NCBI GenBank assembly: GCA_964552475.1
Contig: CAZKFZ010000001.1
Location: 35,347 to 99,346 of the forward strand
Source: an uncultured Candidatus Saccharibacteria bacterium
GTDB taxonomy: Bacteria; Patescibacteriota; Saccharimonadia; CAILAD01; BJGX01
Direction: 5' to 3'
DNA: 64,000 nucleotides
The stretch's first letter is position 1. Each line of letters starts with the position of its first letter. Positions 36,286 through 46,266 of the stretch are shown piece after piece. Below the pieces are notes generated by a model. It was not told the DNA's origin and did no database searches. It saw only the letters and a list, made by a program, of their open reading frames with translations. A program made the position numbers and the translations under genes.

Positions 36286-37062
36286 ATGAGTGAATCTAAA
36301 ATTTCTTTTAGCAAACTTCGCAATCTCAATCTTGTTGCTGCAGGTTTGCATTTTGCCCAGGCTGGATTAATTCTGTACTTAAGCAAAAGTTTTACTTTGC
36401 CAGTAACGACTTCTTTTTTGCGATTTAATTATAATACTCAATCTTTAGAACCAGCTACAAAAACACTGTTTAATATCAACCTAGCATACTTGGTGGTGGC
36501 ATTTTTGTTTATGAGCGGCATTGCTCACCTAGTAATTACTACGGTTTGGCGCAAGGGCTATGAGGCCGATCTGGTAAAAGGTATTAACCGCGCCCGCTGG
36601 ATAGAATACAGCATTAGTGCCAGCACCATGATAGTGGCAATAGCCATGCTTACTGGTATATACGATATAGTAACGCTACTAGCGCTATTTGCACTAACAG
36701 CGGTAATGAACTTGTGTGGTCTAATAATGGAGGTACACAACCAGACTACCAAAAGAACCAACTGGTTGAGTTACTATGTTGGTTGTTTGGCCGGCATAGT
36801 GCCCTGGATAGGTATAGCGCTAACATTTTGGGCTTCGGCACAATTTAGTATTGGCGATGCCCAAATACCTACTTTTGTTTACTACATATTTGTTAGCTTG
36901 TTTATATTCTTTAACTGCTTTGCAATAAATATGGTGTTGCAATACAAAAAAATTGGTCCCTGGCGTGATTACTTATATGGAGAGAGGGTTTATATTATTC
37001 TTAGCTTAGTAGCCAAATCAGCCTTGGCTTGGCAAGTTTTTGCAGGTACGTTAAGACCATAA
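36286..37062 (+). CDS. heliorhodopsin (retinal-binding 7-TM photoreceptor, inverted topology)
   Basis: 258 aa, 7 hydrophobic helices. The stretches RWIEYSISASTMIVAIA, GCLAGIVPWIGI and GERVYIILSLVAKSALAWQVFAG (retinal Lys in TM7) match the conserved heliorhodopsin blocks as recalled from memory. GGAGGG RBS 7 nt upstream. Confidence 0.7.
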   Translation: MSESKISFSKLRNLNLVAAGLHFAQAGLILYLSKSFTLPVTTSFLRFNYNTQSLEPATKTLFNINLAYLVVAFLFMSGIAHLVITTVWRKGYEADLVKGINRARWIEYSISASTMIVAIAMLTGIYDIVTLLALFALTAVMNLCGLIMEVHNQTTKRTNWLSYYVGCLAGIVPWIGIALTFWASAQFSIGDAQIPTFVYYIFVSLFIFFNCFAINMVLQYKKIGPWRDYLYGERVYIILSLVAKSALAWQVFAGTLRP

Positions 37063-37120
37063 TATTTCATGCAAAATTTAATATAAATAAGAGACTATAC
37101 TTTGATATAATATAACTTCT

Positions 37121-38053
37121 ATGAGCGAAAAAACTAACAAAATTTATGACGTAATAATTATTGGCGCTGGCCCGGCTGGCTACACAGCAGCAATTTATGC
37201 TTCACGCGCTAATCTTGGTACGCTAATGATTGCTGGCGATACACCTGGTGGCCAACTGCTACTTACATCTGAGGTGGAGAACTTTCCTGGTTTTAAAGAC
37301 GGCATTATGGGCCCAGAGCTGATGGAGCAAATGAAGGCCCAGGCGCTACGATTTGGCACCGAATTTAGAGCCGACTTTGTAACCAAGATTGATTTAAAAG
37401 CTCAACCCAAAAAGATCTGGGTAGGCAATGATATGTATAGCGCCAAAACCGTTATTATATCAACTGGTGCAAGTGCTAACTGGCTGGGCCTAAAAAACGA
37501 ACAACGCCTAATGGGCAAGGGCATATCGGCCTGTGCTACTTGCGATGGTTTTTTCTTTACCGACAAGCACGTAGTAGTGGCTGGTGGTGGAGACAGTGCT
37601 ATGGAGGAAGCTCTCACATTAGCCAAATTTGCAAGTAAGGTAACTATTGTGCACCGCAGAGACGAATTTAGGGCGAGTAAGATTATGCAAGATCGTGTAA
37701 AAGAACACAAAAAAATTGATATTATTTGGAATGCTCAAGTAGTAGATGTGCTCGGCAAAGACTTTGTAGAGGGTGTAAGGCTCAAAGATACAGTAACTAG
37801 TAAAGAGCGCGACTTGGCTTGTGGCGGACTGTTTGTGGCTATTGGTCACACTCCAGCCACCAAGCTTTTTGATGGTGTACTAAATAGAGATGAAAAAGGC
37901 TATCTTACGCCCAAGGCTAATACTAGTACTGAAATACCTGGCGTATACGCTGCGGGTGATGTAGCTGACTCGCGCTATAGACAAGCAATTACCGCCGCTG
38001 GCGATGGTTGCCGTGCAGCACTAGAGGCCGAGCACTTTATTGCAAACCTTTAA
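37121..38053 (+). CDS. trxB: thioredoxin-disulfide reductase
   Basis: 310 aa. IIGAGPAGYTAAIYASRANL (FAD), redox-active CATCDG, GGGDSAMEEA (NADPH) and YAAGDVAD. Confidence 0.9.
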   Translation: MSEKTNKIYDVIIIGAGPAGYTAAIYASRANLGTLMIAGDTPGGQLLLTSEVENFPGFKDGIMGPELMEQMKAQALRFGTEFRADFVTKIDLKAQPKKIWVGNDMYSAKTVIISTGASANWLGLKNEQRLMGKGISACATCDGFFFTDKHVVVAGGGDSAMEEALTLAKFASKVTIVHRRDEFRASKIMQDRVKEHKKIDIIWNAQVVDVLGKDFVEGVRLKDTVTSKERDLACGGLFVAIGHTPATKLFDGVLNRDEKGYLTPKANTSTEIPGVYAAGDVADSRYRQAITAAGDGCRAALEAEHFIANL

Positions 38054-38091
38054 TTGCTTACTATTGTTGTAACAAAGTATAATATTATTAG

Positions 38092-38571
38092 ATGGCAGAT
38101 ATTGTTATAAAAAAAATACCAATTTTTCATAGTGGCAGACTATATTATCTTTTTGATCAAGCGCTTGAAAAAGATTTTGCCTATTTTTCACCCTCTTATC
38201 GTCAAAATGTGCGCCGTACCAATAATATTAATAAACTTAGGCTAGGTACTATTCATCCTTACAGGCTGTTTATGGGAGTGTATCAGAACAATGAATTAAA
38301 AGGCTATTCTATATCTGGAATTCAAAAAAGTAATATGAGAGCTTTTTTATATTGGCTCTATATAGTACCGGCACTAAGAAAAAAACAACTCGGTCAGTTA
38401 CTGCTGAGCGAAACAGAGAGGGGACTAAAAGCCAAGAAGGTTGACTCAATCGAACTAGTAACTCACAATCAACAGCTTTTCTATGAACGATCTGGCTATG
38501 ATATTAATAAAATTCTTACAGAGGTAGATACAGACGTAGACATGTATCTAATGTCTAAGGTGGGTATATGA
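38092..38571 (+). CDS. GNAT-family N-acetyltransferase (putative)
   Basis: 159 aa. LYIVPALRKKQLGQLLL (acetyl-CoA P-loop-like R/Q-x-x-G-x-G/A) and C-terminal YERSGY. Confidence 0.5.
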   Translation: MADIVIKKIPIFHSGRLYYLFDQALEKDFAYFSPSYRQNVRRTNNINKLRLGTIHPYRLFMGVYQNNELKGYSISGIQKSNMRAFLYWLYIVPALRKKQLGQLLLSETERGLKAKKVDSIELVTHNQQLFYERSGYDINKILTEVDTDVDMYLMSKVGI

Positions 38572-40025
38572 AAAAAGTGTCGCACAAAAGAACTACTCAC
38601 CAACATAAGAGTACCTCACACTTGGTTACTACAGCGCAAAAGCCTACTAAAAGCAAAATAAGTAAAAAATTTTATATAATTATTGCAGTAGAAATAGTTC
38701 TTATGATTGCTATTGCCGGTTTTCTTAGATGGCAAGCGTACAAGAACTCAAACAAAGTTATTTACTCGCCACCCGCCAAACAACTTGAATCTACCAAGCC
38801 TCCCAAAATTGACACAGGTAAGATAGTTTCTAGCGAACCTGCGCAAAACTTTACAGCCGCTCAAACACTAGAACGTATTAAGCAAACTAATCGTAATTTT
38901 GACTTACCAGTTACGCAAGGTCACACCAAACAAACCTACGTATATACCAGTTCTGATGGCATAGTAAATGACGTGCCAATTTATGCTAGAGTATATATTC
39001 CTTCAAATATAGGCACAAAAAAACTACCAGTTTTAGCGTTTGCACCAGGTACAATCGGTATTGGAGACGCTTGTGGAGGCAGTTTAGAGCAACCCGCTAA
39101 ACGCAACTGGGCAAATTATGATAGTTTGATGGCTGCCTATGCCAGCCAAGGCTATATGGTGGTTATTACCGATTACGAGGGCTTGCGTGACCCCAATAGA
39201 ATTCATCATTATATGGTGGGTGATATTGAAGGCAGAGCCGTATTAGATAGTATTCGCTCACTTGAAAATCTTGAGTTGTCAAAGAACAGTATCGATGAAA
39301 ATGTTGTATTTACTGGTGGTTATAGTCAAGGTGGACATGCTGCTTTTTGGGCCGACGCGATTGCCTCTAAATATGCACCAGACATCAAATTACGTGGTGC
39401 AATTGGTTTTGGCCCGGTGACTAGCGTAAACGAAACCCTTACCGATGCCATCACCAATAACGCCAATATAAACTGGTTTGGACCATTTGTACTCACAAGC
39501 TATCAAGATTGGTACAAGCGAGAGTATCCAGTAAATAGAATACTTTTGCCGCAGTGGACTAAGTCTCTTCAGACCGACGTGTCGCGCGAGTGTATTGACA
39601 CAGTTAACAGATATTGGCCAAATAATCTTGGCGTAAATAGATCGGCAAATATTTATACCCAAGAGTTTATATCTGCTGCCAAAACTGGAAATCTCGCCAG
39701 TAATAAAATATATGCTCAATTTATGGCCGACATGGAAAGTAACATTGTGGGCCCAATAAAAACTGATACACCCAAACTTATTAATCAAGGTATGCATGAT
39801 AACGTAGTATTGCCTCGCCAAAACCAAGCTGGCTATGCCAGATTATGTGCGGCAGGAAATACAACCAACCTTAAAGAGTACACTACCAGTAAGTATGCAA
39901 TACAAAGTTATAACCCCCAAGGGCTCGTTGATCATTACCAGACTATGAATGCGAGTTTTAGAGACACTCTTGTCTGGATGAGTGAGCGTATAAGCGGTGT
40001 TATTGTCTCTGGCTCTTGCAAATAA
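38568..40025 (+). CDS. secreted lipase-family alpha/beta hydrolase
   Basis: 485 aa. N-terminal TM/signal. GGYSQGGHAA (GxSxG). Size and layout resemble the secretory lipase (LIP) family. Start overlaps the upstream stop (ATGA). Confidence 0.6.
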   Translation: MKKVSHKRTTHQHKSTSHLVTTAQKPTKSKISKKFYIIIAVEIVLMIAIAGFLRWQAYKNSNKVIYSPPAKQLESTKPPKIDTGKIVSSEPAQNFTAAQTLERIKQTNRNFDLPVTQGHTKQTYVYTSSDGIVNDVPIYARVYIPSNIGTKKLPVLAFAPGTIGIGDACGGSLEQPAKRNWANYDSLMAAYASQGYMVVITDYEGLRDPNRIHHYMVGDIEGRAVLDSIRSLENLELSKNSIDENVVFTGGYSQGGHAAFWADAIASKYAPDIKLRGAIGFGPVTSVNETLTDAITNNANINWFGPFVLTSYQDWYKREYPVNRILLPQWTKSLQTDVSRECIDTVNRYWPNNLGVNRSANIYTQEFISAAKTGNLASNKIYAQFMADMESNIVGPIKTDTPKLINQGMHDNVVLPRQNQAGYARLCAAGNTTNLKEYTTSKYAIQSYNPQGLVDHYQTMNASFRDTLVWMSERISGVIVSGSCK

Positions 40026-40122
40026 GTAATATAGAAGCTCGTGCATTACATTACTTGAACAATTTTTAGACGTTTGCTATTATACTTAACTACAAAGTAT
40101 AGTACCTATAGAAAGAGATAAA

Positions 40123-40524
40123 ATGCGACTTAAGTCAAGGGTACAACTTACCCGTATGGTCAAAAGAGTTGTGTCGGAATATCGCATAGACAATACCAAT
40201 TTACCAATTGATGTGGCTACAGAAATTAAACGCCCCTCTCTTAAAAAAGAGTGGACATGGCATGCCTGGTACATACATCAAGATGATAAACCTAATGAAA
40301 ATGGTTTTTGGAAAAGAGCTTTTACACTACACATGTGTGTACGTGGAGGACTTATTCCTAATCCATTTTCTTGGGGCGAAAGTTCCGTAGGTGGAACTTG
40401 TAGGAGTGAAAAGGAAGCCAATATCCAATCAGCATATGCAAAGACTCTATTGCTCGAAGCTATTGCACCAATTCATGCTCTGAGCGTATATCACGAACTC
40501 AGCGAAGAGAGTGTAATGTCGTGA
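40123..40524 (+). CDS. hypothetical protein, paralog A of a tandem pair
   Basis: 133 aa. Shares VKRxV, TEIK, WxW and QSAYAxxL blocks with the next gene. Confidence 0.5.
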   Translation: MRLKSRVQLTRMVKRVVSEYRIDNTNLPIDVATEIKRPSLKKEWTWHAWYIHQDDKPNENGFWKRAFTLHMCVRGGLIPNPFSWGESSVGGTCRSEKEANIQSAYAKTLLLEAIAPIHALSVYHELSEESVMS

Positions 40525-40886
40525 ACTTCTATACAAAGTGGCGTCTGCATCGAGCTGTTAAACGAGCTGTAAAGACCTACAATATTTACTACAGTTACCC
40601 ACCACACAGTGTAAGAACTGAGATCAAAATAATTGGTAAAAGGTGGTGTTGGGAGACTAGGTTTATAGAAGATCCTAACAAACGGGGTAGTATGCGTGAG
40701 GTTTTTAGAACTATGTATGGGTATCACAGCTTAGGCTTGAGCCATAGCGGGGTGGTTGGTAACTCTGTAAGAAGTAAACAAAAGGCCCTTGTTCAATCTG
40801 CATATGCCGAAAAACTTATGAATATAGCTTTGTCGCAAGAATTACTACCCAAGGTAGCACAATATCGTTTTATTACCGATAGTTAA
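40521..40886 (+). CDS. hypothetical protein, paralog B of a tandem pair
   Basis: 121 aa. GTG start overlapping the upstream stop (GTGA). The same conserved blocks as paralog A. Confidence 0.5.
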   Translation: MNFYTKWRLHRAVKRAVKTYNIYYSYPPHSVRTEIKIIGKRWCWETRFIEDPNKRGSMREVFRTMYGYHSLGLSHSGVVGNSVRSKQKALVQSAYAEKLMNIALSQELLPKVAQYRFITDS

Positions 40887-40890
40887 AATA

Positions 40891-40918
40891 AAACCACCAT
40901 ATACTTGGTGGTTTTTTA
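40891..40918. terminator. bidirectional rho-independent terminator
   Basis: AAAACCACCA-tatact-TGGTGGTTTTTT between the convergent paralog-B and rplU genes. Confidence 0.75.
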
Positions 40919-40937
40919 CTTTTACGTTATTAGTATT

Positions 40938-41246
40938 TTAGGCCTTTATATCGGTAATAGTAATCGCTGAGTACTTTTGACGGTGGCCCGTTTTGGTACT
41001 TTGGCGTTTTTTGGCCTTGTAGTGCAAAATAACTTGTTTTTTACCTTTTACAATTTCATCAGCAACAGTAGCCTTAACTACTGCTCCCGACACTATTGGC
41101 TTACCAACTTTTACGTTTTCACCATCAATTAAAAGAAGCGGTTTAAACTCCACAGCAGGTTTATCGTTATGTAAAAGCTCTACCTCAAGGGTTTGGCCTT
41201 TTTCTACTAAGTATTGTTTTGATCCGGTTTCTATTACTGCTAACAT
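40938..41246 (-). CDS. rplU: 50S ribosomal protein L21
   Basis: 102 aa. MLAVIETGSKQYLVEKGQTLEVE...GHRQKYSAITITDI matches the L21 consensus (GGKQ, GHRQ). Confidence 0.85.
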   Translation of the reverse strand: MLAVIETGSKQYLVEKGQTLEVELLHNDKPAVEFKPLLLIDGENVKVGKPIVSGAVVKATVADEIVKGKKQVILHYKAKKRQSTKTGHRQKYSAITITDIKA

Positions 41247-41441
41247 GACTTTTTATAAATATCTACTTTAAGATCTTTCTTATCTATTACTAAGGCATTA
41301 TTTTAGCAAAATATAGTAAGTTTGTAAAGTATAAATCTAAAGATTAACCTGTTCGAAAGGTGTTCGTATTATTTGAAATAACTCTTAAACTTATGCTAAA
41401 ATTAACTTAACAATAATACTGCGAGGGAGGAAAAACAAAAA

Positions 41442-42212
41442 GTGGCGCATTGTATTGCAATTGCGAATCAAAAAGGAGGTGTTGGCAAAACCACAACCGC
41501 AATTAACCTAGCGGCCTATTTGGCAAAAATGGGTCGATCAACTCTCTTAATCGACCTCGATCCACAAGGAAACAGTAGTAGCGGGTTGGGCATAAATAAA
41601 GCTGAAGTGAGTCAAACTGTTTACGATGTACTTCGTGGAAGTGCAAACATTATGCAAAGTCTGGTAAAAACGCAGTACAGTGGCTTGAGTGTGTTACCTG
41701 CCAACTCAGATTTGGCAGCAGCCGAGATTGAACTTGCCGCTCGTCCCCATAGAGAATTTGTTTTAAAAACAGCCCTGCAAAGCCTTAATTTTGAATATAT
41801 TATTATTGATTGTCCGCCATCGCTTGGACTACTTACTATTAACGGCTTGGTAGCTGCTCAAATGCTAATTATACCCGCCCAGGCAGAATATTATGCTTTA
41901 GAAGGCCTTGGCCAGCTATTAAACACTGTAAAGAGAGTTCGTTCGGCTCTCAATCCTAGTTTGAAGTTATTGGGTGTTGTGGTAACAATGCACGATGGTC
42001 GCACTAGCCTTAGCTCGGCGGTTATGGCCGAACTAAACAAGCATTTTGGTAAGCTTTTATTTGACACCACTATACCACGCAATATACGATTAGCAGAAGC
42101 ACCATCGCATGGTAAACCCATTTATGCTTATGACCGTTTCTGTAGAGGTGCATTTGCTTATAAAAAACTTTCAAAGGAGGTGAGTCGTCGTGTCGAACAA
42201 CCCAACCAGTAA
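41442..42212 (+). CDS. parA: chromosome-partitioning ATPase ParA/Soj
   Basis: 256 aa. Deviant Walker A IANQKGGVGKTTTAINLAA, IIDCPPSLG. GTG start with GAGGGAGG RBS. Confidence 0.9.
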   Translation: MAHCIAIANQKGGVGKTTTAINLAAYLAKMGRSTLLIDLDPQGNSSSGLGINKAEVSQTVYDVLRGSANIMQSLVKTQYSGLSVLPANSDLAAAEIELAARPHREFVLKTALQSLNFEYIIIDCPPSLGLLTINGLVAAQMLIIPAQAEYYALEGLGQLLNTVKRVRSALNPSLKLLGVVVTMHDGRTSLSSAVMAELNKHFGKLLFDTTIPRNIRLAEAPSHGKPIYAYDRFCRGAFAYKKLSKEVSRRVEQPNQ

Positions 42213-43110
42213 CAGTCGTCTTGGTAAAGGCCTAGACTCACTTATACCTAGTCAAATTGGTGAAGTAGACGAATTTGCAGCACCTAGCTTACCCGAACAA
42301 GTTAGAGTAAGTAGCAAAACCGTTACCGAAGTACCGATTGAAAATATTGATGCTAATCCTTATCAACCACGCACCGAGTTTGAACAAGCAGAACTGCAGG
42401 AGCTGGCAGATAGTATTAAAGAACATGGCATTATTCAGCCTTTAATTGTAACCGCCGAGAACGACTGGAAATACAAGTTGGTCGCGGGTGAAAGGCGGTT
42501 AAGAGCTGCTAAAATCGCTGGCCTCACCCAGGTACCAGTTATTGTTCGTACCTATAACGAACAGCAACAACTAGAAGTTGCTCTTATCGAAAATGTGCAG
42601 AGATCCGATCTCAAACCTCTAGAAGAATCGGTGGCTTATCAAAAGCTTGTTGACCAGTTCAATATGACCCATGAGCAGATTGGTAAGGCGGTAGGTAAAG
42701 CAACTTCTACAATTACCAATATTATTCGCTTGCAAAATCTTACTCATAAAGCCAAGACTGCACTTAATGACGGAATAATCACCGAAGGGCATGCTAGAAC
42801 CCTACTATCTTTAACCGACCCCATTAAACAAGATCAGTTTTTGAACTATATAATTAAGCACAACCTCACCGTTAGGCATGCCGAGACACTAATTAGAGAA
42901 TTCAAGGGCGGGGTAGAAATAAAACGTAGCAAGGTAAAAGAAGCTGAGGCACCTCAGCGCAAACTCACCCAAGACTTAGGCAAATATCTAGGCACCAAGG
43001 TAAGTCTACACAAGACAGCCAAAGGTGGTAAATTACAAATAGAATACTATTCAGATGAAGAGTTGGCTAGAATATTCTCTCAAATCACTGGTTCTGAACC
43101 CAGTATTTAG
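42190..43110 (+). CDS. parB: chromosome-partitioning protein ParB/Spo0J
   Basis: 306 aa. GKGLDSLIP, NPYQPR, GERRLRAAKIAG ParB box. The HTH region overlaps the parA 3' end. Confidence 0.9.
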   Translation: MSNNPTSNSRLGKGLDSLIPSQIGEVDEFAAPSLPEQVRVSSKTVTEVPIENIDANPYQPRTEFEQAELQELADSIKEHGIIQPLIVTAENDWKYKLVAGERRLRAAKIAGLTQVPVIVRTYNEQQQLEVALIENVQRSDLKPLEESVAYQKLVDQFNMTHEQIGKAVGKATSTITNIIRLQNLTHKAKTALNDGIITEGHARTLLSLTDPIKQDQFLNYIIKHNLTVRHAETLIREFKGGVEIKRSKVKEAEAPQRKLTQDLGKYLGTKVSLHKTAKGGKLQIEYYSDEELARIFSQITGSEPSI

Positions 43111-43142
43111 TATTTAAAGTTGTCTTACAATTTAATTTTGGT

Positions 43143-43958
43143 TTAATAACTAGGGTCGGTCACTAGCTTGAGAGTATTGACAGGGAGTAGACGCAAACTG
43201 GCAAAACCAGTAATGTTACTTTGTGGTAATTGACCCCACTCACGTGAGTCAAAGCTTCCACCCGGGCTTCGATTGTCTCCCATTACAAATACCATGCCTG
43301 GTTCTACTATCTCGTCTATGTCACCTTGTGTAGTAAATTGGGGGTCTATATATGATTCTTTTAAAACCATTCCCTCGGGGTGTTCGGTGTTATAGATAGT
43401 TACCACACCATTTTTTAGCGTAACGCGCTCGCCCGGCAAGGCAATGGCGCGCTTAATAAAGAAAGTTTCGGGTGCTTTAGGATATCTAAAAACCAGTACA
43501 TCACCGCGTTTAATGTTTATTTCTTTTTGTCCGAAAAACTTACCAACATCATACATAGTTAGCGGAATTTTTGAGATTATTAAATAGTCATTATCGTGAA
43601 AACCAGGCTCCATACTGCTACCCGATACATAAAAAGCTTGAAATATAAAATTCTGAATAATTAATACTATTGCAATAGTAACACCTGCCCATATTAGTAG
43701 CTCCTTAATGATTGAGCGTTTTTTTTCTGGCTCTGGTTCTTCTAATTGATTGTTATTTGGCTCATGAAGGCTATTAATATCTTCATCGTAGCGCTCATTT
43801 TCTGTTACCATTATGTGGTTTTTAATGTGGTCGCTTGGCTCGTCTTCTTTTTCGGCACGTGGCTTAATAGGTACACCAAGTTGAATATTTTGTGGTTCAG
43901 TGTGGTGAGTCTGCTTTTCATCGCCATCAACATTAGGGGTTTGGTTTTTACTGTCCAT
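43143..43958 (-). CDS. lepB: signal peptidase I
   Basis: 271 aa. TM anchor, GSSMEPGF (Ser box), RGDVLVF, KRAIALPGE (Lys box) and GDNRSPGGSFDSREWG. Long acidic N-terminal extension. Confidence 0.85.
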   Translation of the reverse strand: MDSKNQTPNVDGDEKQTHHTEPQNIQLGVPIKPRAEKEDEPSDHIKNHIMVTENERYDEDINSLHEPNNNQLEEPEPEKKRSIIKELLIWAGVTIAIVLIIQNFIFQAFYVSGSSMEPGFHDNDYLIISKIPLTMYDVGKFFGQKEINIKRGDVLVFRYPKAPETFFIKRAIALPGERVTLKNGVVTIYNTEHPEGMVLKESYIDPQFTTQGDIDEIVEPGMVFVMGDNRSPGGSFDSREWGQLPQSNITGFASLRLLPVNTLKLVTDPSY

Positions 43959-44065
43959 TTATAGTATTATACGCAGATACAGACAATAAAGTCGAGTACA
44001 ATGTTTTTTGTTGTACATATCAATACGGTAATAACTAACATCATAATGGCCTTATATTAATAAAT

Positions 44066-45415
44066 ATGAAATTACAAAGAAAAAATAGTAAAGATGAGTC
44101 CGTTAAGAAAAAAAGAATCTGGTTAAGAGTAGTACTGGCTGTACTACTTGTTGGAGTGTTAGCAACGGGCGCGTATGCTTATCGTACCTACCAGACAATT
44201 AGTAAAGTAATACAAAAAAACACCGGTACTGTCGCGGAGGGTTTGAAAGCCGAAGATATAAAACCCGAAACTCTTAAAGGTGAGGGAGCTGGTAGAGTAA
44301 ATATTTTATTGATGGGTGTAGGTGATGTAGGGCATGAAGGTGAGCAACTTAGCGACACTCTAATAGTCGCAAGTTATGATCCCAAGACTCACGACGTTGC
44401 TATGCTCGGAATACCAAGAGACTTATACGTAAAAATTGGCAACAACGGATTCAGTAAAATAAACAATGCCAATGCTTTTGGCGAGCAAAACAAAAAAGGT
44501 GGTGGACCTGAGCTAGCTAAACAGACTGTCTCAGACGTCCTTGGCATACCTATTCATTACTACATTCGAACCGACTTTACGGCATTAAAACAAACTGTAG
44601 ATATGGTGGGTGGCGTAGATGTGGTAGTCAAAGAAAGCTTGGTTGATCCAGATTACCCCTGCAGTAAGAATGAAGGCATGGTTTGTGGATTTAGTTTACA
44701 AGCTGGACCCCAACATCTCAATGGTAGTGCAGCTCTTAAATATGCTCGATGTCGAAAGGGCAATTGTGGTGATGACTTTGGCCGTGCAAGCCGACAACAA
44801 GATGTTATTGTGGCGTTACGAGAAAAGGCCGAGAAGCAAAACATTCTAAAAAACCCAGCTAAAATCAACGAACTACTCGGTATAGTCGGTGAAAATGTCA
44901 GAACCGACCTGCAACTAAAAGAAATTGAAAGACTAGCACAAATTGCTCGCGAGGTAGATACTAGTAAAATAGTCACCCATGTTCTAGATAACACCACAAA
45001 TAATTTGGTAGTAACCGATACTATTGGAGGCGCTAGTGTGGTTGTGCCAAGTACTGGCGTGGGAAAATATGCCGCTATACAGACCTATGTAAGGAGTATA
45101 TTTATAGATGGATATATAAAACAAGAAGCCGCCTCTATACAAATCGCCAATGGTACACCTAATGAGTTAAAGGCAAAGCTAGCCTATGAGCTACTAAAAA
45201 GCTATAATTATAATGTAATAGGTATTGTTGCGGCACCGACGAGCACGGTAAAGAATACGCAAATTGTCGACAATACTGGTGGAAAAAAGCCCTACACGTT
45301 GCAGTATTTAGAGAAGCGACTGGGTGTTACTGCTACAGTTGTTGAGCCATTGAATGGCACGATTCCACCGGCCGATATTAGCGTAATAATTGGAGCAGAT
45401 TATCAAACTCAGTGA
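44066..45415 (+). CDS. LytR-CpsA-Psr (LCP) family cell-wall glycopolymer transferase
   Basis: 449 aa. TM anchor, VNILLMGVGDVGHEGEQLSDTLIVASYDP...LGIPRDLYVKI is the LCP core. C-terminal LytR_C-like domain. Confidence 0.8.
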   Translation: MKLQRKNSKDESVKKKRIWLRVVLAVLLVGVLATGAYAYRTYQTISKVIQKNTGTVAEGLKAEDIKPETLKGEGAGRVNILLMGVGDVGHEGEQLSDTLIVASYDPKTHDVAMLGIPRDLYVKIGNNGFSKINNANAFGEQNKKGGGPELAKQTVSDVLGIPIHYYIRTDFTALKQTVDMVGGVDVVVKESLVDPDYPCSKNEGMVCGFSLQAGPQHLNGSAALKYARCRKGNCGDDFGRASRQQDVIVALREKAEKQNILKNPAKINELLGIVGENVRTDLQLKEIERLAQIAREVDTSKIVTHVLDNTTNNLVVTDTIGGASVVVPSTGVGKYAAIQTYVRSIFIDGYIKQEAASIQIANGTPNELKAKLAYELLKSYNYNVIGIVAAPTSTVKNTQIVDNTGGKKPYTLQYLEKRLGVTATVVEPLNGTIPPADISVIIGADYQTQ

Positions 45416-46211
45416 TCAACTAAAACGAATAGAAGTTTTTACCCACGACCAACGACTTATTTTGGCCGCAGGTTCTGGCTTAACTATTTTGTCAATTGCC
45501 TTATTGTATTATTCTGCATACCCAATACTAATACTGCCCTTGGCGATTACCGTGAATTATTGGGTGTTAAGCAGAATATTAATTAGCCCTAAAAGGGCTC
45601 ATATACTAGCATCACTTATAAGGCCAAGCATGTGGTTACTTTTTTTGTATGGATACATATATACCATACATGTGATTTTCTTAATACCAATAGGCTGGTT
45701 TATACTGCTATGTATTTTGGTAGGTGTGGGCTATATGGGTCTACTTTTACAAGAGGTACGCAACAAACCAAATGTAATTTTTGTGAATATCTTGCACGTT
45801 GTACTACTCACTCTTGGTCTTAGCCTGGCTAGTCTTATGTTGGCATATTGGCACTGGCCGGTGGTACTTGTTATGTTGGGTGTATGGCTGAGTATGTTCT
45901 TCTTATCTCTTGCTTGGCTACTAAGTTTCACGAACAAACCCTATGTTATAGCAAGTGTGTGGTCGTTAATTGTGCTAGAAATATTTTGGATAACTACTCT
46001 TTGGATAAACCTATATCACATACCTCAGACCAACCTACTGCTTAGCCAGTCTTCTCTCGTTGTGGCCGCACTTGCGTATGGTTTTGGCGGTCTTTACTAC
46101 CATTTTAAAGAAAATACTTTACGAAGAAGTCTTCTTTTTGAATACATTAGTGTTACCGCAGTGGTGTTTATTGCCCTACTACTGCTTAGTAAGTGGGCGG
46201 TAGCCCTATAG
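45390..46211 (+). CDS. polytopic membrane protein (hypothetical)
   Basis: 273 aa, 7 or more TM helices. Overlaps the LCP 3' end. Confidence 0.5.
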   Translation: MEQIIKLSDQLKRIEVFTHDQRLILAAGSGLTILSIALLYYSAYPILILPLAITVNYWVLSRILISPKRAHILASLIRPSMWLLFLYGYIYTIHVIFLIPIGWFILLCILVGVGYMGLLLQEVRNKPNVIFVNILHVVLLTLGLSLASLMLAYWHWPVVLVMLGVWLSMFFLSLAWLLSFTNKPYVIASVWSLIVLEIFWITTLWINLYHIPQTNLLLSQSSLVVAALAYGFGGLYYHFKENTLRRSLLFEYISVTAVVFIALLLLSKWAVAL

Positions 46212-46266
46212 AATATAATGTATGACTTAAGGCAATTCTCAGATATTTTTTGTTATTATATGTAAT

